A DNA stretch of 64,000 nt, taken from the NCBI RefSeq assembly GCF_037042905.1, contig NC_087252.1, forward strand, positions 10,356,001-10,420,000, written 5' to 3'. The position numbers and the translations under genes are program-made. The notes below the pieces were generated by a model, which was not told the DNA's origin, made no database searches, and was given only the letters and a program-made list of their open reading frames with translations. This DNA is from Lytechinus pictus (Eukaryota). This document shows, piece by piece, positions 25,025-36,233 of this stretch. Each line of letters opens with the position of its first letter. The stretch's first letter is position 1.

Positions 25025-26883
25025 TTATTTTTTTTTTTGCAGGTGTTTCTGCATTTATTGAAAATTCAATATATGAAACACAGTAATCATAATGAATATA
25101 AAGAAATACAAAAATAAATGAAATAATTACAAATTGCGACGATTACATAATAGAAGAATAATTTACATAGATATACATGTAAGCAATAATATATAAAATA
25201 AAATGCAGTGGCTAGCTATCATAAGCAAAATGCTTGAGAGAATAGCAGCCAGAGGAAGGCAGCTACATGAAAACCATTGTAGAGAAAAATTCACGGGTCT
25301 ATAATAATGATGTCACATAATTATTTGAAATGTTAAGAAAAAAGGGGGAGAGGGTAAAGGGGTCAGGTGAAGTGGTGCAGATGTGGGTGCACGTGCAGGT
25401 GAGATTTTTACAAATACTTTGATGCAAGAAACCTTTTTAACAAAGCTTTAAAGGAAAAAAGAGATGTAGCTTGTTTGATGTTATTCGGCAAAGTGTTCCA
25501 AACTTCAGGACCGTGATGACGTATTGTTTTGTGAAAATTATTATTTTTGGATTTGTTAGGTGAAAGTCAGATGAATGTCGTGTAGGGTATGAATGCATGT
25601 CTTTGTTGTAAACAAAAATATTACGGAAGGATGCTGGAATAGTGTTGTTGGAAAATTTATACATGAAAATGACAGTTTGATAAGTGTGAATATCGTAAAT
25701 TTTCAATGTCTTAAAATAATGAAATAATGGATCAGTATGGGCGAGATAATGAGAGTGATAACAAATACGAAGAGCTTTCTTTTGAAGGCGTAATATTGAG
25801 TCTATTTTTATTTTGTTACTATTTCCCCATGCTATGTTACAGTAAGAAATGTGTGACAAAATAAAGGAGTTATAAAGCATTAGTAATGATCTTTGAGATA
25901 GATAATATTTCAATTTGTACAAGATGCCTATGGCCCTTGCAATCATCATGCTAATATTACGAATATGACTACTCCATGTTACGTTAGAATCGATCAATAC
26001 ACCTAAAAATTTTGTTTCCTGTTTTTTGTTAATGGGCATATCATTGATATAAATGATATCGCGAAATACTTGTTTAGAATTAATATGTTTAAAGTACATG
26101 AAGTTTGTTTTATTTATGTTAAGGGAGAGTCTATTTGATTTAAACCATAATGATAATTTTTTTAATTCTTGATTTAGAGTTGCAACTAGAATGTTTAAGT
26201 TCTGATGTGAATAAAATATGTTAGTGTCGTCTGCGAATAAAACATATGTGAGTAAAGGTGATGCATTTACAATATCATTCATATATATTAAAAATAATAA
26301 GGGACCTAGGATTGAAGCCTGAGGTACTCCACATTTAACGGGACATGTATGGGATGACTTGGATTTAAAATTAACAAATTGACGTCTATTAATTAAGTAG
26401 TCTGTAAACCAAGAATGTACAATACCTCTAATTCCATATGTCTTTAATTTACATAACAATATATGATGATTCATGGTATCGAATGCCTTCGATAGATCCA
26501 TGAAAACCCCAACAGTGTGCTCTTTTTTGGAAAGTGAATTTGTTATTTTATCATATAATTGTAAGATTGCATAGTCAGTTGAGTGATTTTTCCTAAAGCC
26601 GTATTGGTTGGGAATTAATAATTGATTTGTGTCCAGAAAAGAATATAGTCGTTTATAAACAATTTTAACAAGTATTTTGGATATGCTTGGTAGTAATGAA
26701 ATAGGGCGGTAGTTTGCAATTTGGCACGGGTCTTCTCTTTTGTATATGGGGATTATTTTTGCAAGTTTAAGTTGATCCGGGAAAATTCCCTCTAAGAGAG
26801 ATAAATTGAAAATATGTACAAGGGGAGAAGCCACAAAATGAATAATTTGTTTTAGTAAATATACACTGATACCATCATGGCCA

Positions 26884-26923
<40 letters not shown>

Positions 26924-27105
26924 CCTTCCACAGGGGTCCTTTATTGAAATCACTATAATACATATTTTTTGACAATACATGATTAAATAATTAACACAGT
27001 ATATGACACACAAGTTGAATATGTACAATACAATATTCCATGAAATTGTCGTAACATTTGTATACAAAAAGCAAAATTAAAGTGCAAAGGAAAGAAAAAA
27101 TCCAT

Positions 27106-27162
<57 letters not shown>

Positions 27163-29300
27163 ATTTTAGAATGATATCTGATATACTTAATCTTTCAGAT
27201 TTGTTTTATATATATACTTTTCCATACCATAATAAGATTTTATTTCAGACAAAATATGGTCGAAAACTGGAAGACAGTGTTTGCATTTTGCTGCAAAAAT
27301 TTCTTTTCAAACGATTATAAAAATATAATTAAGAGCACCATTGTTGTTTCCGTAAAAACCGAATAGTTTATTCTGGTTTGAAATTTTGATATTCAAATTG
27401 TTACGAGAAAACCAAATTTCGAGTTGAGACCATATTTCGTTTGTGTGGGCACAAGAACAAAAAATATGCATAATAGTTTCTTCATAATTATAACAAAAGG
27501 TACATAAATTATCTGTAACAAATTTAAATCGTAACAAAGCATCTTTCATATAAATAATTCTATTCACTATTTTGAACTGAAACCATCTCATGTTGACATC
27601 TGCAGTTGAATAAAAAGGTATTTGATAGTAGAACCTCCATATCGTGTTGTCAAAGTCAAACGTCTGTTTTCATTTGATGAGACTTTTACAATCTTTCAAC
27701 TTATACTTCAAAAAAATATTGTAAGATTTAGTAGATTTCAAGGATCGGACGATTTCTAAAATTTCATGAAGATTAGTAGGATTAAAAAATAAAGAATGTT
27801 CGGCATTGTTATGTAAATATGTAGAAAAGTTGTTGGTATTAGTGACAATGCTAGATGCAAGGTTAGGACCAACATTGGCGAAAAAAAGAATTAGATGCTT
27901 CAGCAATTTCGGTAGAGTTTTTCGTTGTATGTCCGTTTAAAAGGAAATCAACATTGTTAAGATCATTCGTTTTCTTACCTAACATTTCGTTTACTGTGTG
28001 CCATAATGTTTGATTAGTATCTTTATTGTTTTCAATATTGTTCGAAAAGTACGATTTGCGTGCCAAACGGATTATTGACGTTAATTTATTACGATATTTT
28101 TTGTATTTGTTTTTATGTTCTTGAGTAGGTGATGTTAGTGATATTTTATATAATCTATTACGAGTGAGTATTGATTTAATTATGCCTTGAGTGATCCATG
28201 GTTGTTTATTCTTCTTTTTACTTAGTTTAATTTTTATCAGAGGTACATTTTTTTCATAGTAATGAATAAGTTTATTTAAAAATACATCATATGATTTATT
28301 AACATTGTCTTCTCTATAGACATCTTCCCAACTCTCTGCACTCAAATCAGATTTTAAAGTTTCTATGTTACGTTTAGTCTCTTTTCGTCGGGTAATATTT
28401 TCTATATTTTGTTGTTTTTGTAAATGTCTATTACATGTATCTTTACAAATTGTGAATATGTGTAAATGGTCTGAAATGTCGTAGTAAATTATTCCATTGT
28501 TATTATAATTATCTAATAGACCTACATTGGAAAATATATTATCAATGATTGTGTGTGTTGTACTTGTTATCCGCGTTGGTCTGTTAATGAGAGATTTAAA
28601 TGAAAAAGATGAAAACAAGTTAATAAACTGTCGGCCCAGTGGAGTATGAGGCATAGATATATCTATATTGAAATCGCCCATGAGATAAGTTTCATTGTTT
28701 TCGTGTGATATAAATTCTAAACAAGATTCCAATTTATCCATAAATATGTTGGCGATATTGTTTGGTGGTCTGTAGATTACGCCGACTATCTTATTTTTTA
28801 TTTTTTTCATCAATAATTTCTATGAATAAGGATTCTATACCTTGGAGTTGAATATCATGTCTTATTTTAAAATTTAGATCATTGTGAATATAAAAAGCGA
28901 CACCTCCTCCAGTACGACGATTACGATCACTATGTTTAAATGTATAATTGTCAATGTTGAAAATGGATGGGGTGATTGAGTGTAACCATGTTTCTGACAG
29001 AAAAGGGAAAAGTATTCAATATAGAAAAAAACTCACTGAAAGTATCAAAGTTCTTTTGCAAGCTTCTAATGTTTATATGCATAAAGCTAAGATGGAATGG
29101 TTTGTTAATTTGGGTAGTATTAAAAACTGAATTAAATTCGTTGGCAGTATAGTATCTACACTGGGGTGTAAATACTGCATTATCCAATACGTCATCCAGG
29201 TTCATGAAGGGTATAAACTTGGGTCTGCAATACGGCGTTGAAAGCTTGGAGTGAAAGGTGTGTGCAGGTGCAAGTGAGGGTGTATACATGTACATAATGG
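25025..29300 (-). mobile_element. CR1/L2-group LINE, ORF2 (AP endonuclease + reverse transcriptase), disrupted
   Basis: EN motifs HINIRSL, GVIYRPP, LMGDFN, SDHL; RT motifs NYRPISLL, FMDLSKAFD, GVPQ.SILGP, FADD; frameshifts; AATAAA and A-rich tail near 25025-25060. Confidence 0.92.
26892..27721 (-). mobile_element. 5'-truncated L1/Tx1-type LINE inserted in the CR1 ORF2
   Basis: zf-RVT-like C-terminus (WFQFKIVNRI...CTFC...ETIMHIFCSC), about 28-nt poly(A), TSD TAAGATTT at 26884-26891 and 27722-27729; removal restores KSTKSYGHDG. Confidence 0.88.
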
Positions 29301-32024
29301 AAGAGTGTGTCCGGTCATGAGCGCGAGCGCGTACATGTGACGAACAGACTCCAGGCTTTTAGTGAAAGGGCGGGGGGATCACCAGGGATTTGATAAACCT
29401 TGTATATTGAGCAGGGGTATAAGTGAATGAAATCACTATGTAGATAGATTTTGTATAACAAAAGAATGTAATCTAAGCAGACATAATACGGTGGATATCT
29501 TCATTAGCATACCTGTTCCATACAATAAATGCAACGGATCGTAACTGCAAAGAATAAAATTTACATATGGACAAGTGGACTATATAGAAAGTCAAATTGC
29601 AAACAAAGATGATAATAGAATCACATTTGAAAATGTATTTGCGACACGATAGGTTCATAATCTATGTTCAGGTTGTTAACCTGTTCTGTAAATTACTGCG
29701 ATTAAAAAAAAAATGTTTGATTTGAAAAGCTAGATAGGCAGCTGACCAACAAAGCATATGGAGTAGATGCAATTTAACATCATTGTAAATTGTAACCTGA
29801 CTTTCTATTGTAAATGTCCCTTTAGTTGGAACCACATTTAACAAACATGACAAAAGGTGAGTGATAAAGGCAAACGTACTAAGTATGCAGGCAATTAATA
29901 CAGGCAGCTTTGTACATTTAGAGAGCAAAGGGATAGATGTCATCAAAATAACATCCGAAAATGCTCTTATTTACATATTTTCTGAGTATTCAAAAGGAGG
30001 CTTGCATAATGTCTTATTTAAAGACATACTTCATTATGTTTTTTAATGTAATATAAAACCGTCGTACTTGTCTGCTGAAACTTTTGTTCATGACTATAAT
30101 AAAATGATAAAGATAAACTGTCTAAGTATGACAATATTACTCTTTAATATCTACCAAATTTGAGCAATTCTGAGGAATTTGGTTGTAAAAGAGGGTGTTC
30201 CGCTGACAGTAAACATTCAGAAAATATGATTAAAATGAATATGTTATGAGGTTTTCATTTCGGTTTAAAAACTGAAACGATTCTGAAATCTTTAGAATTA
30301 ATCAAATTTTCAAGCATATTCAAATTTGGCTCTATTTTTTCCATACATCGATATCATCTTTAGGTGAAAATTGTGAAGGAATATTCAAAAATATTGGTCA
30401 AAGGGGCAGACAGCCAAAATGGATTCGAATGTACAAGCAGAATACAGTCAAATAAACAGATTATATAGATATGAAAATTCCTACAAGTATAGTAGACATC
30501 TGTGGCAAAGACTTCTAAATAATTATGAGGAATTAACAGGAAACTTAAATCTTCTAAAACTGTCTACATAAAAATTGTATTTATTAAGTCGTGAAACTTA
30601 CATCTGTTGAAACATCGCAAAGTAAGCGAATCAGAATATACCCATCTTAGAAAATAAATTATATATTAGCCAAGCCAGAGCAAGCATTTTTTTCCACAAA
30701 AACAATTCAATTTCAATTATGAGCTAGACCACAATAGTCCAGAAGAAAAGTTTCCTATACCTATCTGTTTCGGCTTTAAATTTGGTTCAATGGTTAGATA
30801 TTAGCAACCCCAGGCCTGACCAAGCTGACATAGGACCAGTCAGATTATCACCCAAAACCCTCCAAAAATAGTAGGCCTATAGCCATGATCGGCCTACATC
30901 ATATATACAAATGGTAATGCAAAGATGCATAGACAAAATGATAGCGATTTTGCCAGCATATGAAAAAAAAAAAATTATATTACAAAAAGGTTTACGCCTG
31001 TGAAACATCAAAACAACAAGTATAAAAGGGAATCTCACATACTGTAGGGTTATCAGTTGAGTTCAAAGATGTTAAGTATGTAATTTTCAAGAGTATTTGG
31101 AATAACCAACTGGTTCAAATACTAGTTTTATCTGTAAAATATCTGACATTCATCTTTACATCCTTAAACAGTACCAAATGTTGAACCGAGAAAAAAAAAA
31201 AGAATACAGTCAGCTGAAATGTTAAATATATAACAAATTTAAGTCATTTTTTCTGTTACATTATATTCACAAAGTATACGTGCCAAGTATGGATCTATGG
31301 CAATTTGCATTTCTAAAAAGAAAAAAGAAGAAGAAAAAAGAAAAAAGAAGAAGAAAAATCATGGAAAAGAAAAATTAGGCTTACTATGCAGGCATTATAA
31401 TTATTTGGACTGTCTCTTAACTTTTTTAGGGATCTGGTATATTTTTTCACTCCAGAGTCATACTTTGACCAATTTTCTAACCACTTTCATTCAAACATTA
31501 TGTCCAGATGTTGTATTATCTATAGTTGCTATGGAAAATATGTTGCTTAGCAACTGTTGCTAAACATGGTCGGTTGATGTTTCTTGATATGTTATTGTTA
31601 AATGGGAGCTTAGAAGTCAAAATGTAGTTTTTGAAATGTAGATAACACCCCAAAAATGGTGGTTGCCAAGGTAAATATGTTACCTAGCAACTGTTGCTAT
31701 ACGAGAATAGGTCAGGCTAGCACTCCCGGCTAAAAATGTTCAGCACTTTTTTCTCTACCTGTCAGCCAAATTTCATGCTTTTCCCATAATCTGAACAATT
31801 GCTATTTTTTTGCACTGATCATCTAGACTATAATGGAAGAGGTCGATCAATTATTTTTCCGTGCGTTGAGAGGAAGCAATGATATCGAAAGTATCGAGGT
31901 AGGCCTTAGAGATATATACCAATAACGCGTAATTAGCGTAATTAGTATACATCTCTATGAGGTAGGCCTAGTCTTTGTTTTCTTCCCAAAAGGGGGGCGA
32001 ACGGGACTTTCCATGTCTATTCAT

Positions 32025-32319
32025 CCCGGGGGGGGGGGCACTTACATTGACGTACTCTAACCACGTAGTGTTGACTCTTGGGGCAAAAGTACATCCTTTA
32101 TAAAACATTTTAGTCTTAATGTTTTACACCCTCGCAAATTTGACCCTAAACACGTAGCTTTCCTAGCGAAAATAGATACCCTTTTTTCATTATTTTAGTG
32201 TTTTTGACACCCTTATCACGTTACGTACGTAACGTGCCCTATCTTGAAAAAGACATCCTTTTTACGTGTTTTTTGGGTCGTGCATGGTATCCACTCGTCA
32301 ATGAAAGTGGCCCCCCGGG
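32025..32319. mobile_element. MITE with CCCGGG termini and 8-bp TSD
   Basis: CTATTCAT at 32017-32024 and 32320-32327; relative at 14421. Confidence 0.8.
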
Positions 32320-32687
32320 CTATTCATCCGTGTTTCGCCCCTTACAAACCAAACATACCAAGACAAGTTATTGTTCGGGTTTTCTCTTCTTCTTTTTTAG
32401 ATTTGAAATATGCAAGCCAATTCAATACAAAAGGCTTGTCGCATGAACAAGGTCTTTGGTAGAACCGTCCATTGTAATGCCTCTGTCATATTGATCGGCG
32501 TCCATCGTGGCGTCCAAAAAAGGTAAATTGTCATGCGGATTCACACGGATCCCTTCCCATCACGATTTTTGTTTCTTATATTAGTATATATCTTACGAAA
32601 AAGTATACAGACGATGCTTATAGATTCGTCTCTCAGATACGGATTCTTGCGTCCACTTGCGGACGAATCGGCGCGTTATAGGCCTAT

Positions 32688-34342
32688 CAGGGGCGGATCC
32701 AGCATTCGCCATTGGGGGGGGGGGGGCGGAATTTTTTTTCAGCCACATTTTCCCCGATCGGCCGCTCGAAGTTGATTTTTGTTTGTTTCTTTGAAAGGGT
32801 AGTCCTAATGGTCACTTTTAAGCTTTATTCTTTTAAATCAAGATAAATATACAATAATCTCATAAGCCTCATTTAAATAGTGTTCTAAAATTCAAACATT
32901 CTGGGCAATGTTTGTGATCCTAAACGAGATGTGTATCCAACTACATAATTACTCCGAGCGCGAAGCGCGAGCAGAAATTTTCAATATGCGTTCTGAGCTG
33001 AACAAAAAAGATTTGTTAACAGCTGATTGCAGTTAGCCATGAAGACGTTACATATTTCAACAATCAAATAATGCGAGCGCGAAGAAATTGTGACATTTTT
33101 ACCAGAAATTCTAAGCACTTTTTTTTCGTGAAAAGGATAAGTATACAACTAAACAATTGATGCGAGCGCAAAGCGCGAGCGGAAAGATTCGAGATTCACA
33201 CCTAAAATGGACACTCTATTCATGTTTTGTAAATCATGAAAAGACTGAGTAATTGAAATCTTCTTACAATAATAATGCGAGCGCAAAGCGCGAGCAGAAA
33301 ATTTTTGATATTGTAGTCTGAAACTGGATAATGGTTTAAATACTGAACAAGCTGCGTGTTTGAATAAACTTGCGAGCGCGTGTTTCAGATTTTGACCTTG
33401 AATCTATAGGCATTCTTATGCCTTTTTTATCATGAAAATCAATAAAGCGAGCGCGAAGGGCGAGCTTAAATTATTTGATATTCTAATCTGAAAAGGATCA
33501 ATCTAAGTTCTGTATTTCAAGCACTTTGTAGGAAAATTATGAGGTGGATATGGATCACAGTTAAAAAAAGAGCTGATATGTTTCATTATTTATTACTTTG
33601 AGTTTTGACATAGGACCGAGACATTCTAAGAAAATTATTTCATCAAACGTATAAAAATGACGACTATCTTCCTAAATCTCTTCCAGGTGCGAGATGAAAC
33701 TTGTCGATATTCCATTCTGAAAAAAGGGACAATTCAATTATTAAATTAATATCTTATTCATTAATCTAATAAGCCTAACGAGAGCGCAAAATCTGTTTAT
33801 ATTATGGCCTGAAACTGGACATTTTAAAAAAAATTGACACGGTGCATGAGTTAATATATTTTCAACAATCAATGCGAGCGCAAATCGCCAGCCGAAATTT
33901 TTGATAAACTGTCATGAAATGTGGATTTTAAGTAGTTTGACCCTGAAACCGACATTTTTACAGAGCACTTTTTAAAATTCAATTTGTAAATCAAACACTG
34001 AGAACAATATTTCCAAGCTGAAATATGTTTTGTATATTGACTTCAAAATTTGATATTTTAAGCTCAATATTGAGCAAGATATGTAAAATCACCTAAAAGG
34101 CAATGCGAGCGCAAAGCGCGAGCGAAAATTTTACATAGTGACATGATTTTTTTTTCATTATTTTCCAACTCTTCCCCTCATCTTATTCTATTCACTCGTC
34201 TTCCTCCGTTTATACTTCCCCTTCTTTTTTCTCCTCTCTTTTCCCTTCTTTTCTCTTTTTTTTCTTTGCCCCCTTTTTTTTTTTGGCTCCGCCAATAAGG
34301 GGGGGGGGGCCGGGCCCCTCGCCCCCCCTGGATCCGCCTATG
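32688..34342. mobile_element. hAT-like non-autonomous element with internal GCGAGCGCGAAGCGCGAGC-bearing subrepeats
   Basis: CAGGGGCGGATCCAG...CTGGATCCGCCTATG termini; motif recurs about every 100-120 bp; TSD not clean. Confidence 0.65.
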
Positions 34343-35079
34343 CCTATGTTCTTTCGACTTGCGTAACCTTCCGGATACTTTGGAACACTTGCGGAGGGTT
34401 GCGGATATATACGGACAGGTGGTTATGATAAGATATGATGAGATTGATTTTATTTATACACGGTTAAAAAGCCTAAACAGTTCACAGACTGATTTCCATT
34501 GGGCCAGTGTGGAACATAATATACAATTGACATAGTAAACATTTAAAAAACCAGTGTTTAACGAACAATATATGTTAAAATATATATGTTAACATAAACA
34601 GAAGCATCAATGAAATATTACAAAGGAATCATAGAAAGGTGAAGAGGAGGGGAGGAGAAGAAGAAAAGAAAGAAGAAAAGGGGAAAGGAGAAGGAGAAGA
34701 AAAAGACAACGGAGAAAAAAAAACAGAAGAAGAAAAAGAATAATAATGATAATAAGAAGAAGACGAATAAATGATATACCGTTCTCAAAACATCAGTAAT
34801 ATATATTCAAAATGAAATATCTATCGGGCACTTCGAACAAAACGGTGCATACAAGGTAATAGTAAATGCGAACATGAAAAAGTAAAATGTAAAAGTATAT
34901 TTATGTTTCCATAATGGACAATCGAGCACATGAAAATTAATACATGATTTATCAATGTTAAAAGCTAAACACATGAAAATGTCTGGAAACTTCATGAAAA
35001 CTAAACATGCACTAAACATATAAAGCATTAAAAACTAGATTAATACTGAAAATACTGAAATGATTGCAAACTAATACAT

Positions 35080-35877
35080 GAAGAGCTCACTTGCAAAAGG
35101 GGTTAGGTCCATTTTTCATCAAATTTGATTTTTATGTCTCAATGTATAGATTTTTAGTAGCTCTATAAGACGATACCAAAGAAAAGTTGAAATTCCTATT
35201 AAAAAGTGAACAAAAATGGCAAAGAAAAATTTTTTTTTTTCAAAAGGGGTTAGGTCCATTTCAGTTTGGTTGCAAAAGGGGTTAGGTCCACACAGATTTT
35301 TTTTAAAGAATATCTTTAAAAATATGAAGATAGGTAGAATTCTTTTGTACCCAATTTTATGTTCTCATGGTAGGGTATCATGAAATTTTAGTTTCGCTTA
35401 CGAATATTGATTTTCTTGGAGTGGACCTAACCCCTTTTGCAACCGAACTCTTCTGAAGAACTCATTTGTCAAAAGGGGTTAGGTCCATTTTTCATAAATT
35501 TTATAGTTTTCTGTCTCTAAACCTCTAAACTATTAGTCACTCTGATGATACCAAAGAAAATTTGAAATTCAAATGAAAACGAGAATGAAAGTGGCAAATA
35601 AAAATAAAAAGCACTTTTTTAATCAAAAGAGATTGGATTCATTTAAGTTTACTTGCAAAAGGGGTTAGGTCCACAATGATAATTTTTTGAAAAATATATA
35701 GAAAAAAACGAAGACAGGTAGATTTCTTTTATACCCAATTTGATGTTCACATGATAGGGTAGTACATCATGACCATTTAATTTCTCATAAGAATATTGCA
35801 ATAAGTGAGAATAAAAAACATGGTTTTTCTCGGAATGGTCCAAAGTGGACCTAACCCCTTTTGCAACTAAACTCTTC
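35080..35877. mobile_element. Dimeric MITE (GAAGAG...CTCTTC), 4-bp ACAT TSD, possibly Sola-like
   Basis: Two head-to-tail units 35080-35453 and 35455-35877 with AAAAGGGGTTAGGTCC repeats; ACAT at 35076-35079 and 35878-35881. Confidence 0.75.
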
Positions 35878-36233
35878 ACATGTACTGGGAACAGTAAATA
35901 GAAATTGTCTGTTCGCCAAGGTGTTTATTATGAATGTTGATGTGCATTGTCGCTACATTGTACAGCGCGCGGATATCCGTTTATCCGGCCTCTTGGCCGT
36001 GTTGTTAATAAACCACACACTCCCACTCAATACTCCGTCTGGTAAATTATCTTTATTAATACTAATTACTGGCGTGGTGGCAGCTTGTGGTCTGAACCTA
36101 AGGCCCTAAGGTGATCCTACCAACAGTCCGATAATTCTTACTCTATACAAGGGACCAGGCGCTCCGTTAGCCTAACGGTGATAGGTTTGAGTTCTTTTGC
36201 ATTTTGAGTGTGTAGTCCCTTCAACTTATATTC

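Larger units (their letters stand above)
22856..31830. mobile_element. Large non-autonomous Academ-like DNA transposon carrying nested LINEs
   Basis: TAGTCTAGGTGAT...ATCATCTAGACTA, imperfect TIRs over 100 bp with AGCAACGGTTGCTAGGTAAC subrepeats, TAA at 22853-22855 and 31831-31833. Confidence 0.7.
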
